Of a DNA stretch of 64,000 nucleotides, positions 52,318 through 63,788 are shown piece by piece. This stretch comes from Spironucleus salmonicida (lineage: Eukaryota). The position numbers and the translations under genes were made by a program. Within the stretch, counting starts at the first letter, position 1; every line of letters starts with the position of its first letter. A model generated the notes under the pieces. The model ran no database searches. It was not told where the DNA came from and saw nothing but the letters and a program-made list of their open reading frames with translations. The DNA is taken from contig NC_090603.1 in assembly GCF_000497125.1 (NCBI RefSeq), forward strand, positions 186,001 through 250,000. The letters run 5' to 3'.

Positions 52318-53817
52318 TCACAAAAGTTTGTCTGCACCATTCCAGTCCACTCCTACAACAGGTAGCAGCGTCTAGAGTAGATTCTCAACGAAGCTATCCA
52401 TTTCGTTCCTCTCGTACCCTTCTCTGTCATATTTTACACTCAACTGATACAACACTTTCTGGTCGTCCAATTAATCGAAATATACAAATTCCAATTTACC
52501 ACTTTCCAAATTTCTGGTTTTCCACTTCTAACAAAAAAGAACTGTATAATGCGCTTCGTTAAAGCACACCCAAATGGGGAATTTGACGCCACTTTTGAGG
52601 TTCTTTCCGACTTTCAAGTAATCGAAAAACTCAAAAATTGTGACGATTCCAACGTCAGAAACTTGGTGCGCCCCCTTCAAAATCATCCCTCCAACGTCCA
52701 AGTCGCCGTCGTGGAGTGATGCTGTTGCTCGGCCGATCAGCATCAAATTTACCAATTCTTGAGAGCAATTGTTAAAATTCGAGAATAAACTAGATGAGTT
52801 GAAGCCTGTCTGGTCAAAATCCTGAGCCAGGATGTTGTCTATCCCGCGTGACAAAATAAAGGTAACAACCATGCAAGGGATGAACGAAGTGATTTGGGCC
52901 GAAAACGCGAAATTTAAGAAAGATTTTGACGATAAAAATAATTTTAAATTGTCGTTTTATATAGTGCATACTTAAAAATTCTACATATCTTAGACCACAA
53001 AATCAAGTTGTATTTATGGTTCATCAAAAGAAAGTGGAAGAACAAAATTAGTGGATTTCGGGTTTATTATATATAATATATCAAAAAGTGCAGACAAAGC
53101 GGCGCTTTGAAAATTATTTTCTGTTTTGATTTTGTAAGGTTCGCCAAAAAACTGATATTTTAGCATTCTAGCCTGAACGACCGCCAAAAAACCACAGGGG
53201 CCACCGTTCGACTAGTGCAGACCCCACGTTTGTGGGTTTTCGAGAGTCTGAGGCTTCTCGCTCAGCTTGAAAAGCGATTAGTACCAGTTATCAGAAATAT
53301 TTTTCACGCGCTTTTCAGCGAATAGAGTTTTGAAAAAATTGTTCAAGTTTGATGTTTATGAGATATAAGAGCTTAGTATAGTGAAACTTGAGTGTTTTTG
53401 TGACGCTGATGTGGGGAGTGCTTTTTTAAGCGTTTACTGCTTGGATGGCTAAGACCATATTGAGGCAGAATTTGTGGTTGCAAACAGGGTTTCTGGGTCG
53501 ATGGAGATTGCTTTTTTGGTAGTTTTCTTTGCGGATGACGGGCGTGATTTTAAGGGCCTTTGGGAGCTTAGTGATTGAATATAGCCGTTAATTAGGAGTT
53601 CTAATGTTGATTTAATATATGGTTGCCCTGCATCTTTTTTATCTTTCTCTTCTAGAGCTTGCTTACGCAAATTAAGTGCATCGATCATTTCTGAGCGTTT
53701 TGAAATTGCAGTCGATGGTAGTTCAACCTATAGTTATTTTTATGTTTCTCTGAAGTTGTTTACAAGCAAGTATTCTTTGAATAGCGCTATAATTAAATCG
53801 TCATTGGAAAACGACAT
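52318..53817 (-). CDS. MINDY4: MINDY-3/4 family deubiquitinase (MINDY-4-like), 499 aa
   Basis: Q..GGPCGFLAVVQA, CSQELVNLMLIGRA, FPIWVCFNEAHYTVLF, terminal VDWNGADKLL, LisH-like N-terminus. Confidence 0.9.
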
Positions 53818-53892
53818 TGTAAAATTTTAAAAAATAAATACGATGGTATTATATAGTTTATATAAATACTTTAAGTCCACTCCAAATTCATA

Positions 53893-55596
53893 ATGTCTGA
53901 AGTACCGCACGAGCTCATTGAACAGACTTTCCAGCTCTACACTGACCTGTCCCCCGAATACGTTGTTGCAAAAGAGAAGCTGCAACGTCCCCCTGTGAAA
54001 GCTATTTTAGATGCCTTTAAAATTGCATCTGATTTTACTCGAGGCGCATTTCCTCCCGCGAACCTGATCAGAACAGAGTTCCCAGCTGAACAGAAACAGG
54101 AACGGTAAGATTACATCGCATAGATGATCGATATTGTTAAAAGTGAATCTGGGCGTGATATTCAAGCCTCCGCAAAAGCAATAACTGGTGGAAAGGAGGT
54201 AGAATTCACTCTCCACATGCTCATTGCACTGTTCGAAACAGCTAAGAATATGCCTCCCCCAAGCTAGAAATAGGATACAGAGATTGTAGAAGAAAGGAAT
54301 GTCGTTTAGGAGGTGCCCCAGCAAGCATATTAAGAGCCTGAACCAGTTTTTGAGACACAAAAAGCTTAATTCTCTGATGATTAATTTAGTTCTGAACCAT
54401 AAAATGAGGACCCAACTGAAGAGCTTATATAATACACTTTCGATTTACTTGAAAATGTAATCAACCTCCCTTAAATATCAAATAAAGCACTCTTACGACC
54501 CCCTGTTAAAATTTTATAAGAGATTTTTACTGCTTTTCATGACTGTACAAACTCAAAATTCCCAACAGCTGAGGTTACAGTACGTGAAGAATTTTCAAAG
54601 GAGCAGAAGGAGGAACGTTAATCTTATATTGAATCTATCATTAAATAGGTTATTCAATACTCTGGTGAAAATTTGAGTGTTTAAGCCAAGGCTATTACTG
54701 GAGGAAAATAGGTTGCTTACACATTATACTTATTAATTACTATGTGCAGAATAGCAAGAAAGATTAATAACGGGACATTTTAAGAACCAGTTAGTTAATC
54801 TTAATAAAATGTATAGGATATCTTCTCTCAGCCTTCTCCTTAAATTCCAGACCCTATTTAAGAATAAGAATAACCGTAGGGTTTTGCATAAGAACCAGTA
54901 GCATAATAGTAAATATATGAGATAAAACATGACGATTAGTCTGAAAAGTAACGTTAGATAGATGAAGAAGAAGATTAAAGAAGATATGCTGAAGCTAGAA
55001 GAAAGTAACAAGAAATTGAAGAGGAGTAGAGCAGAAGACTTACAAATGTATTCTCTGAAGCATAGACATAAAAAGCTACTTTTAATCGTCCACCACCTTC
55101 CCAATAAACTAAGAGACAATAAAACATTGAAAGTAATGTTGTTATTACTAAAAAATATATTGAAGATTCTGATTCTGAAAAAGAAGAAGAGCTACCTGAG
55201 TAATAATAACACGCGACTGGATTTGGCGCTTTTACAGATGCTGCTTAAACTGCATAAAATGAGTTTTAAAATGCCTTAGGTACTGATTAAGCACCAACTA
55301 AATAAATTAACTCATCAAATCAAAAACTTGTCAATGCTATTTCTGATTCTATTAGAAGAATTATTCCATTTTCAAAAGCAACTAGTTTTTTGGAAGAGCA
55401 CTTAGTTAGAATGAGATAAGACTTAGTAGCTGCTAGTGATGATGTAGATTTTTAGATGAAAAATTTAAATAAAGCTGTTAATTTAGAAGGAAAAGGAAAG
55501 AGTGTTTTAGATGCTAAGGTTAGGAGTTTATCCGATCAGGGTGAGTAAATAAGAGCTAGCTTTAACGAATTATACAGTTAAGGATTTTTGATGTGA
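53893..55596 (+). CDS. IFT54: IFT54/TRAF3IP1-like protein with two CH-type domains and C-terminal coiled coil, 567 aa
   Basis: L.RPP and AKAITGGK.V..TL..L motifs occur twice. C-terminal IIPFSKATSFLEEHLVRMRQDL. Confidence 0.75.
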
Positions 55597-55709
55597 AAGG
55601 TTTTGGTATTTAATAATTTTTTCTCTAATAATATCAAACACTCTCTTAGTTATTCTAGTTATTAAATTAGGAACGCATCACAATATTGCTTAAAAATTAT
55701 AACCATCTC

Positions 55710-55940
55710 TCACTCATTAGTCATACACATCTATTTAAATTATTAGGTATAATTTGTCTTTGATGATAGTATGCTTATTTGACTCCTCTGGCTTGATTTT
55801 GTATTAAAAATAAATCCATCATTATGTTATATACTCAAGGCAGGTAAATTATAATCTTACGAATATTACTTTTCTCGCATGAATAGTGATGGAAGATGCT
55901 GTTTAATTGTCATTTTATTTTTAGATCTTAATTTTTTCAT
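55710..55940 (-). CDS. Microprotein, 76 aa
   Basis: MKKLRSKNKMTIKQHLP...LPALSIQHNDGFIF...MTNE. Ends GAGTGA. Confidence 0.5.
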
Positions 55941-56296
55941 TTTTATAGATGAAAAAATATTTGCTATAATTTATTATTTAAGTACATTCAAACTTTAATA
56001 CTGTAATGTAAATTTAAAGATTAATATTATATATTAACCGTATTATTAAATAATTAGACTTTTCAAATTAAAAACAAAAATTTATTATTAAATAAATAAT
56101 ATATTAATTTAGAAGATATTTTTAATTCAACTAGTAAGGCTCATTAAGCCCGAATAACAGCTTTACAACATGATCTTCAATTTAAAGTAAACTATAATAC
56201 ACTATTAGTAGAAACAACAAAATAAAAGGGAAAATAACAAATATTAAGATAATATTATATACAATATACAATAAAATTTGAAAATTTCCCTTCTAA

Positions 56297-57655
56297 ATGA
56301 AATCTCCCCCATCCTCTTTATTATCTTTATTTACAGCTCCTTAGATAATATCATCTACAGTTATTTCTGGCTATCACAATCAAACAAAGCTATATGCAAT
56401 AACAGCTGATAGGGACTTACTTACTGATAACTATATAAAAATATTTTCAGAACTAATTTCATAGGATATTTTTATTATAAATAAGCTATTTAAGCTAAAA
56501 TCTAATTATATTGTAACATTTCCAACATAATTTTCACCTCTTAAAGAGTATGTAACCGAAACTATTCTTTCTAATTAACAAACTAATATTATCATTATTT
56601 AGCTATTAAATTTAGTCAATATGACACATTGTAAAAAGTTTATTCACGGTAATATTAACACAAATAATTTATATTATATCCAGAATAAGCTTTACTTAGG
56701 TTTATGTGGTCCCTGGAGCGATAATTATTTTGAAATACAAATTAATGATATCAGCCAGAAAAATGATTTAATTTCCTGTGGGAAAGTTATATTAGAGCTT
56801 ATTGCCAATAAATAAACTTTAGGTGTAGGCGAATTTCAAGTAGCTGCAGATATGCTTATTTAAGGTGAAAGATGCGGAAAAGTTCTTGATTTCCTAGAAC
56901 GAAAAGGCAATAATACCACAAAATAGTACAACAACGATTTTATCAAGCATACAAGAAAAAAAGACTTTAATGATAAGATAAGCGAGCTCAAAAATTTGGA
57001 AAAATAAATTTCTTTAGAAGTGGAATTTCCAGATATCATTAATATACAATAAGACGAATATTGTCTAAAAATTTTATAACTAAAAAATTAAGCCAAAGAA
57101 GTGGAAATTGATTATAAAACAATAATTGATGGTGTTAATAACAAATATAATACTATATTAACACAATATGATAAACTTGATCGTCTTTTTAAAGAAACTG
57201 ATGAATTAACATATAATAATACTAATAGTAAGAAAAAAATTATTATTCAACAGAATAAGTCTAATAATTCGTAAATCGACCGAAAACCTACGAAAAAGGA
57301 GTTTGCTATTGAAATTTTTAAAATTTCCGCTAATTTCAACACACAAATGGAAATTGATTTTGCATTTTCGCTTTAATTTGACAATTTTATTTTTTCTGGT
57401 GAATCTGGCAAGCAATTTGTCCCCAAAACTGACAAGAAACTTATTAATTTCAAGGCATAAATTGACGTTTTTGGCGAAAAAAGTGAAGGAGCGGACGAAA
57501 AATTTGGTATCATTATTATGTGTTGTAAATACTAAAAAGTTAAAGAATTTTACAGCTTCAGTGTGAAAATTGGAAGCGGGGAGGGCCGTTTTTGGATACT
57601 ATCTTCTTGTGGAAAAGTTAGTTTATATATTTAAATAGATGGGTGGGATAATTGA
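56297..57655 (+). CDS. Degenerate kinase-like (pseudokinase) plus coiled-coil protein, 452 aa
   Basis: FIHGNINTNNLY catalytic-loop remnant, NDLISCGKVILEL subdomain IX-like segment. AGTGA overlaps the stop. Confidence 0.65.
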
Positions 57656-57909
57656 GTGAATTTTTATATATTATTATTATTATTATTATTTATTCATAAT
57701 TATAAATCTAGAACACGGGTATATTCAATAAATAGTATAATAACTTATTTTTATAACTCGAAAAAGATATAGAGATACTAAATAAATATATTATGATGTT
57801 TCTGTGGTTTTTAATATAACTGATAATAATTAGCCTTTATAATCGTAGAGTAAAATTTAGATTTAATTTATCAATATTTTATCGTTAAAAAATACAATAG
57901 TTTGAGACA

Positions 57910-58104
57910 ATGAAATTGGTTAACAAAGCTAAAAGCACGAATAAGCTACCTAAGGTATCTGCACGTATTTCTGTATAAGCTTAAGAGAGTGTTATTCCAG
58001 ATTTAGAGGTGAGCGTCTTATCTCGATAAAGTACTGTCGAAGAGCTTGATGACCTATTATAAATGGTGTCTGACTGGTCGGACTTGGACAATTGGACGAA
58101 ATGA
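57910..58104 (+). CDS. Microprotein, 64 aa, straddling the left outer IR boundary
   Basis: MKLVNKAKSTNKLPK...ESVIPDLE...LDDLLQMVSDWSDLDNWTK. Confidence 0.65.
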
Positions 58105-58105
58105 G

Positions 58106-58600
58106 TCACTTCCTGCGGGCCCTGAGCAGCAGCGCCTCGCGTGCCCTGCGGAGGTCGGTCGCCCGCTGGCGCTGGACGGCGTAGCGCTCGCCCATGGCCC
58201 GGAGCTGGGCCTGCTGGCGCTCCATCTTCGCCTCGATGCCGGCGACGACCTGGTGCAGCCCCAGGAGCTCGGCCACCGCGACGGCGATCTGCTCGCGGAA
58301 CATGCGGCTGTCCTCGGTGACCTCGCTGCAGGTGCTCTCGCTCACCTCCACCATCAGGAGGGACCGCGACACCTGCCGCACGAAGGAGGGCTCGGGCGAG
58401 CGGGCGGAGAGCAGCAGGTCCTCCCTCGCGCCGAGCGCCTTGGGCCGCAGGGACAGCGCGGGGTACAGCGCGTCCGCGAAGGCCTTCGCCGCCTTCTGGG
58501 CCCGCGGCGTGCACAGCGGCGCCAGCACCGGCGGGGTGGTGGGCCGGTCTTCTGCAGCAGTGCCTTCATTCTGGTTGGACGAAGTAGTTTGCCCTACCAT
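58106..58600 (-). CDS. Coiled-coil hypothetical protein, 164 aa (copy 1)
   Basis: GC3-rich ORF ending AAGTGA. Confidence 0.65.
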   Translation of the reverse strand: MVGQTTSSNQNEGTAAEDRPTTPPVLAPLCTPRAQKAAKAFADALYPALSLRPKALGAREDLLLSARSPEPSFVRQVSRSLLMVEVSESTCSEVTEDSRMFREQIAVAVAELLGLHQVVAGIEAKMERQQAQLRAMGERYAVQRQRATDLRRAREALLLRARRK

Positions 58601-58719
58601 ATGGCTAACTGCCAGAAATGTCGGCGGAGTGAAAACGTAAACTTAACAGCACTCAGATCGCACCCATGGTTTCAGTGGTCTCGTCTCCGCGCCAGCTCGC
58701 GTCAGAAGGCGGCGTCCTG

Positions 58720-59043
58720 TCAGCACACGGTGTAGCCGAAGCGGTCCTCGAAGTCGAAGGCCTGCACCACCGCGCCGAGGAGGGTCACACCGGCCAGCGC
58801 GGGGGCCTGCAGGGAGAGGCAGAGGCGCGCCGAGGGCGGGATGTCCAGCAGCGCGCGGTTGCCCACCAGCGGCACCGCTATGTCCCCGGCGGCGGTGTGC
58901 ACGAGGCAGGACCCCACGGCGCAGGGCGCGGCCAGCACTACCTCCCGCACCCTCACGATCGCGTCGAAGGCGAAGTGCAGGGGCTGCCCGCTGGCGTCCA
59001 GAGGGAACTGCGGGCGGGCGAGCAGGAGCGGGCCCAGGTCCAT
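58720..59043 (-). CDS. Hypothetical beta-rich protein, 107 aa (copy 1)
   Basis: MDLGPLLLARPQFPLDASGQPLHFAF...FGYTVC, GC3 bias. Confidence 0.55.
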   Translation of the reverse strand: MDLGPLLLARPQFPLDASGQPLHFAFDAIVRVREVVLAAPCAVGSCLVHTAAGDIAVPLVGNRALLDIPPSARLCLSLQAPALAGVTLLGAVVQAFDFEDRFGYTVC

Positions 59044-59059
59044 TCGAAGTCCGCTCCGA

Positions 59060-59437
59060 ATGCTCACTCCACGGCGGTCCGTCATCTTCGACGCGAACCC
59101 CGCCCTCACGCGGCTCGCGCGCTCCCAGCTGCTGGGGACGCAGATCGTAGACCTCGGCCAGGCGGTGGCGGCCCTGCAGGCGGAGCAGGACGCCCTGCGC
59201 ACCGAGCAGTGCCAGCTGCGCTACGACATCGCGGAGCTCACCGCCCGGCCCCCCGCGGTGCGCCATGCCCCCCTCCTGCACTTCGAGGCCTTCTACCCTA
59301 CCGAGGCGCGCGGCAACGCCCCCCTCCTGCGCACCGAGCTGGCCCGCCTCCGCGCCGAGATCGGCCAGCTGGGCGCGCTCCTCACCACAGCACCCGGCCC
59401 GCCTGCGCAACCTCCGCCGCCTGCCACAGTGCCCTGA
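59060..59437 (+). CDS. Small coiled-coil protein, 125 aa (copy 1)
   Basis: MLTPRRSVIFDANP..., CCGCTCC just upstream. Confidence 0.55.
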   Translation: MLTPRRSVIFDANPALTRLARSQLLGTQIVDLGQAVAALQAEQDALRTEQCQLRYDIAELTARPPAVRHAPLLHFEAFYPTEARGNAPLLRTELARLRAEIGQLGALLTTAPGPPAQPPPPATVP

Positions 59438-59885
59438 GCTGCAGGTCCAGGTACGCCGCGCTCCAGTGCTGCTCCGCGCCCTGCTGGCGAAGGGCGTCCG
59501 CCTGCTGCGCCGCGTTCCGGCTCGAGATGTCGCTGAAGTTCGCCAGCGAGTCAGTCATTAGGGGGATAGATCGATCCAACTCAGGAAGCTCGCGCACTCG
59601 GAAAATCTACTCAATTGGATCGACCTTTCCGTCCTCAGTGAGCGCTTTCAGCACACCCTTATAGTCGGCCAAAGAGCAGTAATTTTTGCCTTTGACCAGC
59701 CCTGTATATTTTTTAACCATCTCGATGGTGAGCATGTAGTGGTTCTTCATGCCACTGCGCATTTGCTTTAGGTTGGAGTGCCGGTTGTGGTTACAGTCAA
59801 ACCAGTAGAAGATCGCCAGCAGCTCAATATGTCTAATTTTCCACCTATAGACACTACCAGCTATATAGCAGTAGAATTTTTTCAT
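59382..59885 (-). CDS. N-terminally different, shortened copy of the 61582..62511 gene, 167 aa
   Basis: MKKFYCYIAGSVYRWKIRHIEL is fused in frame to LAIFYWFDCNH...GRVLW. Confidence 0.5.
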
Positions 59886-60032
59886 TTTTTAATCGATTCA
59901 CCTCGCTTTTAGTGAAATCTACATTTTAATCTTAAATCAATTCGCGTTTAATGACAATAATTTATTCACTATTTACGTCATATTCCCAATTATATACAAA
60001 AGTATTACATACCACCCTTCCACATAGAAAAA

Positions 60033-61409
60033 ATGCAAATCCCGGAAACGACCCAAAAGTTCTCAGCGCTGAGCACAATCTCTGGAAACTAGGTTTCCAC
60101 TAAAAATATCAATCTAAAGTCCAAAACCCCACTTCCGCACGTGATGCCCTCAGATTTTGAGATTGTAGCGCTTTTAGGGGCTGGCGATGCCGGCCGCGTG
60201 TACCTCGCGAAGAACCTGAAAGCATTCATTCCGCAGGCAAAGAACCAGAAAATCTTCGCCCTCAAAGTCCTCTCAAAGCGCGATTTGGTGGAGCGGAACA
60301 AAACGAAGCGTTTCGTATAAGAATACGAAGTATTGTCGCAGTTGGATCACCCTTTCCTGGCGCGCATGTACGCCGCATTTTCGGACCAGCGCAACTACTA
60401 CCTGCTAATGGAATTTTGCGAGGGCGGCGAGCTGGCGCAAATCCTCAAAAAACAGGCATTTTTGCAGGAAAATGTCGCAAAATAATACGTTTCTGAGCTC
60501 CTGACGGCGCTCGAATATCTGCATTTCCACGGCATAATTTACAGGGATTTGAAGACCGAAAACGTCCTAATCCGCAACGATCACGTGAAACTCACGGATT
60601 TTGACCTCGCGAAACAAGTGATATAAGCGCAGCAAATCGCTTCATTTGAGCCCAAAATGTACAAGAAAAAACTGCTTTTTCCCACTCCAATTCACCAGTC
60701 CTCGACGTCGTTCGTCGGCACTGCGGAGTACCTCTCGCCGGACGTCATTTCGGGCCAGCACTCGCAGGCAGCGGATTTCTGGTCCCTCGGGATTTTGATT
60801 TACGAGCTTTTGTACGGAAAAACGCCTTTTTACACTCCAAATTCTGGATTTCAGGCGATTTCGCGTCGAATTCAGGCCGGAATTTACGCGTTTCCGGCGT
60901 TCCCGAAAGTGAGCGAAAACGCGAAGGATTTGATCAAAAAATTGCTCACTTTGAAGCCCGAAAATCGGCTCGGATTTCAGTTCGGAATCGCAGAAATTAA
61001 GGCCCATTTGTGGTTCAAGGGCGTCAATTTCGCGAGAATTTACGAAAGTGAAAATCAAATTCAAATTGATTTTCCACTCCAATAATTTAGGGAGCTTCCG
61101 CGGGCGCTGGAAGTGATGAGCCGCGATTTCGCGGGAACGGGCTTTTCGCTGCCGGCGGGGGCGCATGAGCTGTGCGAGAAGATGATATAAGCGTACGAGA
61201 AAAACGGCCTTATCGCGCGGCCGAAAGCGTGCAATTTTGACGAGGAAATGGGCGTGGAAAACGTTAATTTGAACGCCAACGGAATCGGGACCATCAGCGG
61301 TGCGAAAACGGAGGCGAAACGCGTCGGTCTGAGGGATTTGTTCGCGCGGCGCGAGGGCCAGCGGGCGAGTTTGAGCGCCGCGAGGGGCGAGGGCGACGTT
61401 GAGGAGTGA
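60033..61409 (+). CDS. AGC Ser/Thr kinase with DFD motif (Fpk1/Kin82/AGC-VIII-like), 458 aa
   Basis: [43 protein letters not shown]. Ends GAGTGA. Confidence 0.92.
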
Positions 61410-61581
61410 ACGGTTTGGGCACGCGTTGCAAATTATCGCATAACGGGCGCTGGGGGAAAATCGCTAGTCAGCAGATCAAAATATAGGGGTGGGGTGAAGC
61501 CGTTTGGGACTCGCGAAAAGGAAGTGAAAATTTTCGGTAAATACTATTATTATATAATATAATATGTTTTTGATTTCAAAA

Positions 61582-62511
61582 ATGGGTTGTGCAGGCGCAG
61601 ACGAAATAGACGACGAGCTGAAGCATGCCGCGCCAGATTTTGAGCTGCAAACCAATCCTGCCTATACCGCATACTGCTAGGCAGATTTCAGGTGCCAGTT
61701 CAAGCCGTTTGAAATGGCGGATTTGTTTTTCGAGGACTTCGAAATCGCGTAATGCGACCCGCCAGAGGCGAGTAAAAAGGCGAGTAAAAAGAAAGGCGAC
61801 GACTCAGATTCAGAGCCTGAGGAAAGGGAGTTCAAGCAGATGCACTATCGAAGCGTCAGGATGCGCTTCAGTATTTTTTCTGAAAAAATGCGATAGATTT
61901 ACGATTTCCTAACGCCGCAGGACGTGTGCGCAAGTCATAATTATATCAACTTTAGACACGGTTTTCAGCTGAGGCGCATGGCGGAATTCGCAGATGTTCA
62001 TATTTCCGTTGAGGAGTTCATAAACTATGGATATGTGTTTTATAGGTTTAACGAAATTCTCAAGAATCCAGCGCTGGCCATCTTCTACTGGTTTGACTGT
62101 AACCACAACCGGCACTCCAACCTAAAGCAAATGCGCAGTGGCATGAAGAACCACTACATGCTCACCATCGAGATGGTTAAAAAATATACAGGGCTGGTCA
62201 AAGGCAAAAATTACTGCTCTTTGGCCGACTATAAGGGTGTGCTGAAAGCGCTCACTGAGGACGGAAAGGTCGATCCAATTGAGTAGATTTTCCGAGTGCG
62301 CGAGCTTCCTGAGTTGGATCGATCTATCCCCCTAATGACTGACTCGCTGGCGAACTTCAGCGACATCTCGAGCCGGAACGCGGCGCAGCAGGCGGACGCC
62401 CTTCGCCAGCAGGGCGCGGAGCAGCACTGGAGCGCGGCGTACCTGGACCTGCAGCTCAGGGCACTGTGGCAGGCGGCGGAGGTTGCGCAGGCGGGCCGGG
62501 TGCTGTGGTGA
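61582..62511 (+). CDS. Hypothetical protein with MGC N-terminus, 309 aa
   Basis: Joins track ORFs 61924 and 62296 through TAG. The 3' half lies in the right IR arm. Confidence 0.75.
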
Positions 62512-62833
62512 GGAGCGCGCCCAGCTGGCCGATCTCGGCGCGGAGGCGGGCCAGCTCGGTGCGCAGGAGGGGGGCGTTGCCGCGCGCCTCGGTAGGGTAG
62601 AAGGCCTCGAAGTGCAGGAGGGGGGCATGGCGCACCGCGGGGGGCCGGGCGGTGAGCTCCGCGATGTCGTAGCGCAGCTGGCACTGCTCGGTGCGCAGGG
62701 CGTCCTGCTCCGCCTGCAGGGCCGCCACCGCCTGGCCGAGGTCTACGATCTGCGTCCCCAGCAGCTGGGAGCGCGCGAGCCGCGTGAGGGCGGGGTTCGC
62801 GTCGAAGATGACGGACCGCCGTGGAGTGAGCAT
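62456..62833 (-). CDS. Small coiled-coil protein, 125 aa (copy 2)
   Basis: Mirror of 59060..59437. Confidence 0.55.
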   Translation of the reverse strand: MLTPRRSVIFDANPALTRLARSQLLGTQIVDLGQAVAALQAEQDALRTEQCQLRYDIAELTARPPAVRHAPLLHFEAFYPTEARGNAPLLRTELARLRAEIGQLGALLTTAPGPPAQPPPPATVP

Positions 62834-62849
62834 TCGGAGCGGACTTCGA

Positions 62850-63173
62850 ATGGACCTGGGCCCGCTCCTGCTCGCCCGCCCGCAGTTCCCTCTGGACGCC
62901 AGCGGGCAGCCCCTGCACTTCGCCTTCGACGCGATCGTGAGGGTGCGGGAGGTAGTGCTGGCCGCGCCCTGCGCCGTGGGGTCCTGCCTCGTGCACACCG
63001 CCGCCGGGGACATAGCGGTGCCGCTGGTGGGCAACCGCGCGCTGCTGGACATCCCGCCCTCGGCGCGCCTCTGCCTCTCCCTGCAGGCCCCCGCGCTGGC
63101 CGGTGTGACCCTCCTCGGCGCGGTGGTGCAGGCCTTCAACTTCGAGGACCGCTTCGGCTACACCGTGTGCTGA
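62850..63173 (+). CDS. Hypothetical protein, 107 aa (copy 2)
   Basis: Mirror of 58720..59043, with FNFED instead of FDFED. Confidence 0.55.
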   Translation: MDLGPLLLARPQFPLDASGQPLHFAFDAIVRVREVVLAAPCAVGSCLVHTAAGDIAVPLVGNRALLDIPPSARLCLSLQAPALAGVTLLGAVVQAFNFEDRFGYTVC

Positions 63174-63292
63174 CAGGACGCCGCCTTCTGACGCGAGCTG
63201 GCGCGGAGACGAGACCACTGAAACCATGGGTGCGATCTGAGTGCTGTTAAGTTTACGTTTTCACTCCGCCGACATTTCTGGCAGTTAGCCAT

Positions 63293-63787
63293 ATGGTAGG
63301 GCAAACTACTTCGTCCAACCAGAATGAAGGCACTGCTGCAGAAGACCGGCCCGCCACCCCGCCGGTGCTGGCGCCGCTGTGCACGCCGCGGGCCCAGAAG
63401 GCGGCGAAGGCCTTCGCGGACGCGCTGTACCCCGCGCTGTCCCTGCGGCCCAAGGCGCTCGGCGCGAGGGAGGACCTGCTGCTCTCCGCCCGCTCGCCCG
63501 AGCCCTCCTTCGTGCGGCAGGTGTCGCGGTCCCTCCTGATGGTGGAGGTGAGCGAGAGCACCTGCAGCGAGGTCACCGAGGACAGCCGCATGTTCCGCGA
63601 GCAGATCGCCGTCGCGGTGGCCGAGCTCCTGGGGCTGCACCAGGTCGTCGCCGGCATCGAGGCGAAGATGGAGCGCCAGCAGGCCCAGCTCCGGGCCATG
63701 GGCGAGCGCTACGCCGTCCAGCGCCAGCGGGCGACCGACCTCCGCAGGGCACGCGAGGCGCTGCTGCTCAGGGCCCGCAGGAAGTGA
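63293..63787 (+). CDS. Coiled-coil hypothetical protein, 164 aa (copy 2)
   Basis: Mirror of 58106..58600, with PATPP instead of PTTPP. Confidence 0.65.
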   Translation: MVGQTTSSNQNEGTAAEDRPATPPVLAPLCTPRAQKAAKAFADALYPALSLRPKALGAREDLLLSARSPEPSFVRQVSRSLLMVEVSESTCSEVTEDSRMFREQIAVAVAELLGLHQVVAGIEAKMERQQAQLRAMGERYAVQRQRATDLRRAREALLLRARRK

Positions 63788-63788
63788 C

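Larger units (their letters stand above)
58065..59820. repeat. Left arm of 1756-bp inverted repeat
   Basis: Reverse complement of 62073..63828 (coordinate sum 121893), with only a few substitutions seen. Confidence 0.97.

Noticed and set aside
58643-59664. Long Arg/Gly/Ala-rich ORFs (255-332 aa) and their mirrors at 62.2-63.3 kb
   Set aside because: Off-frame or antisense shadows of GC-rich genes.
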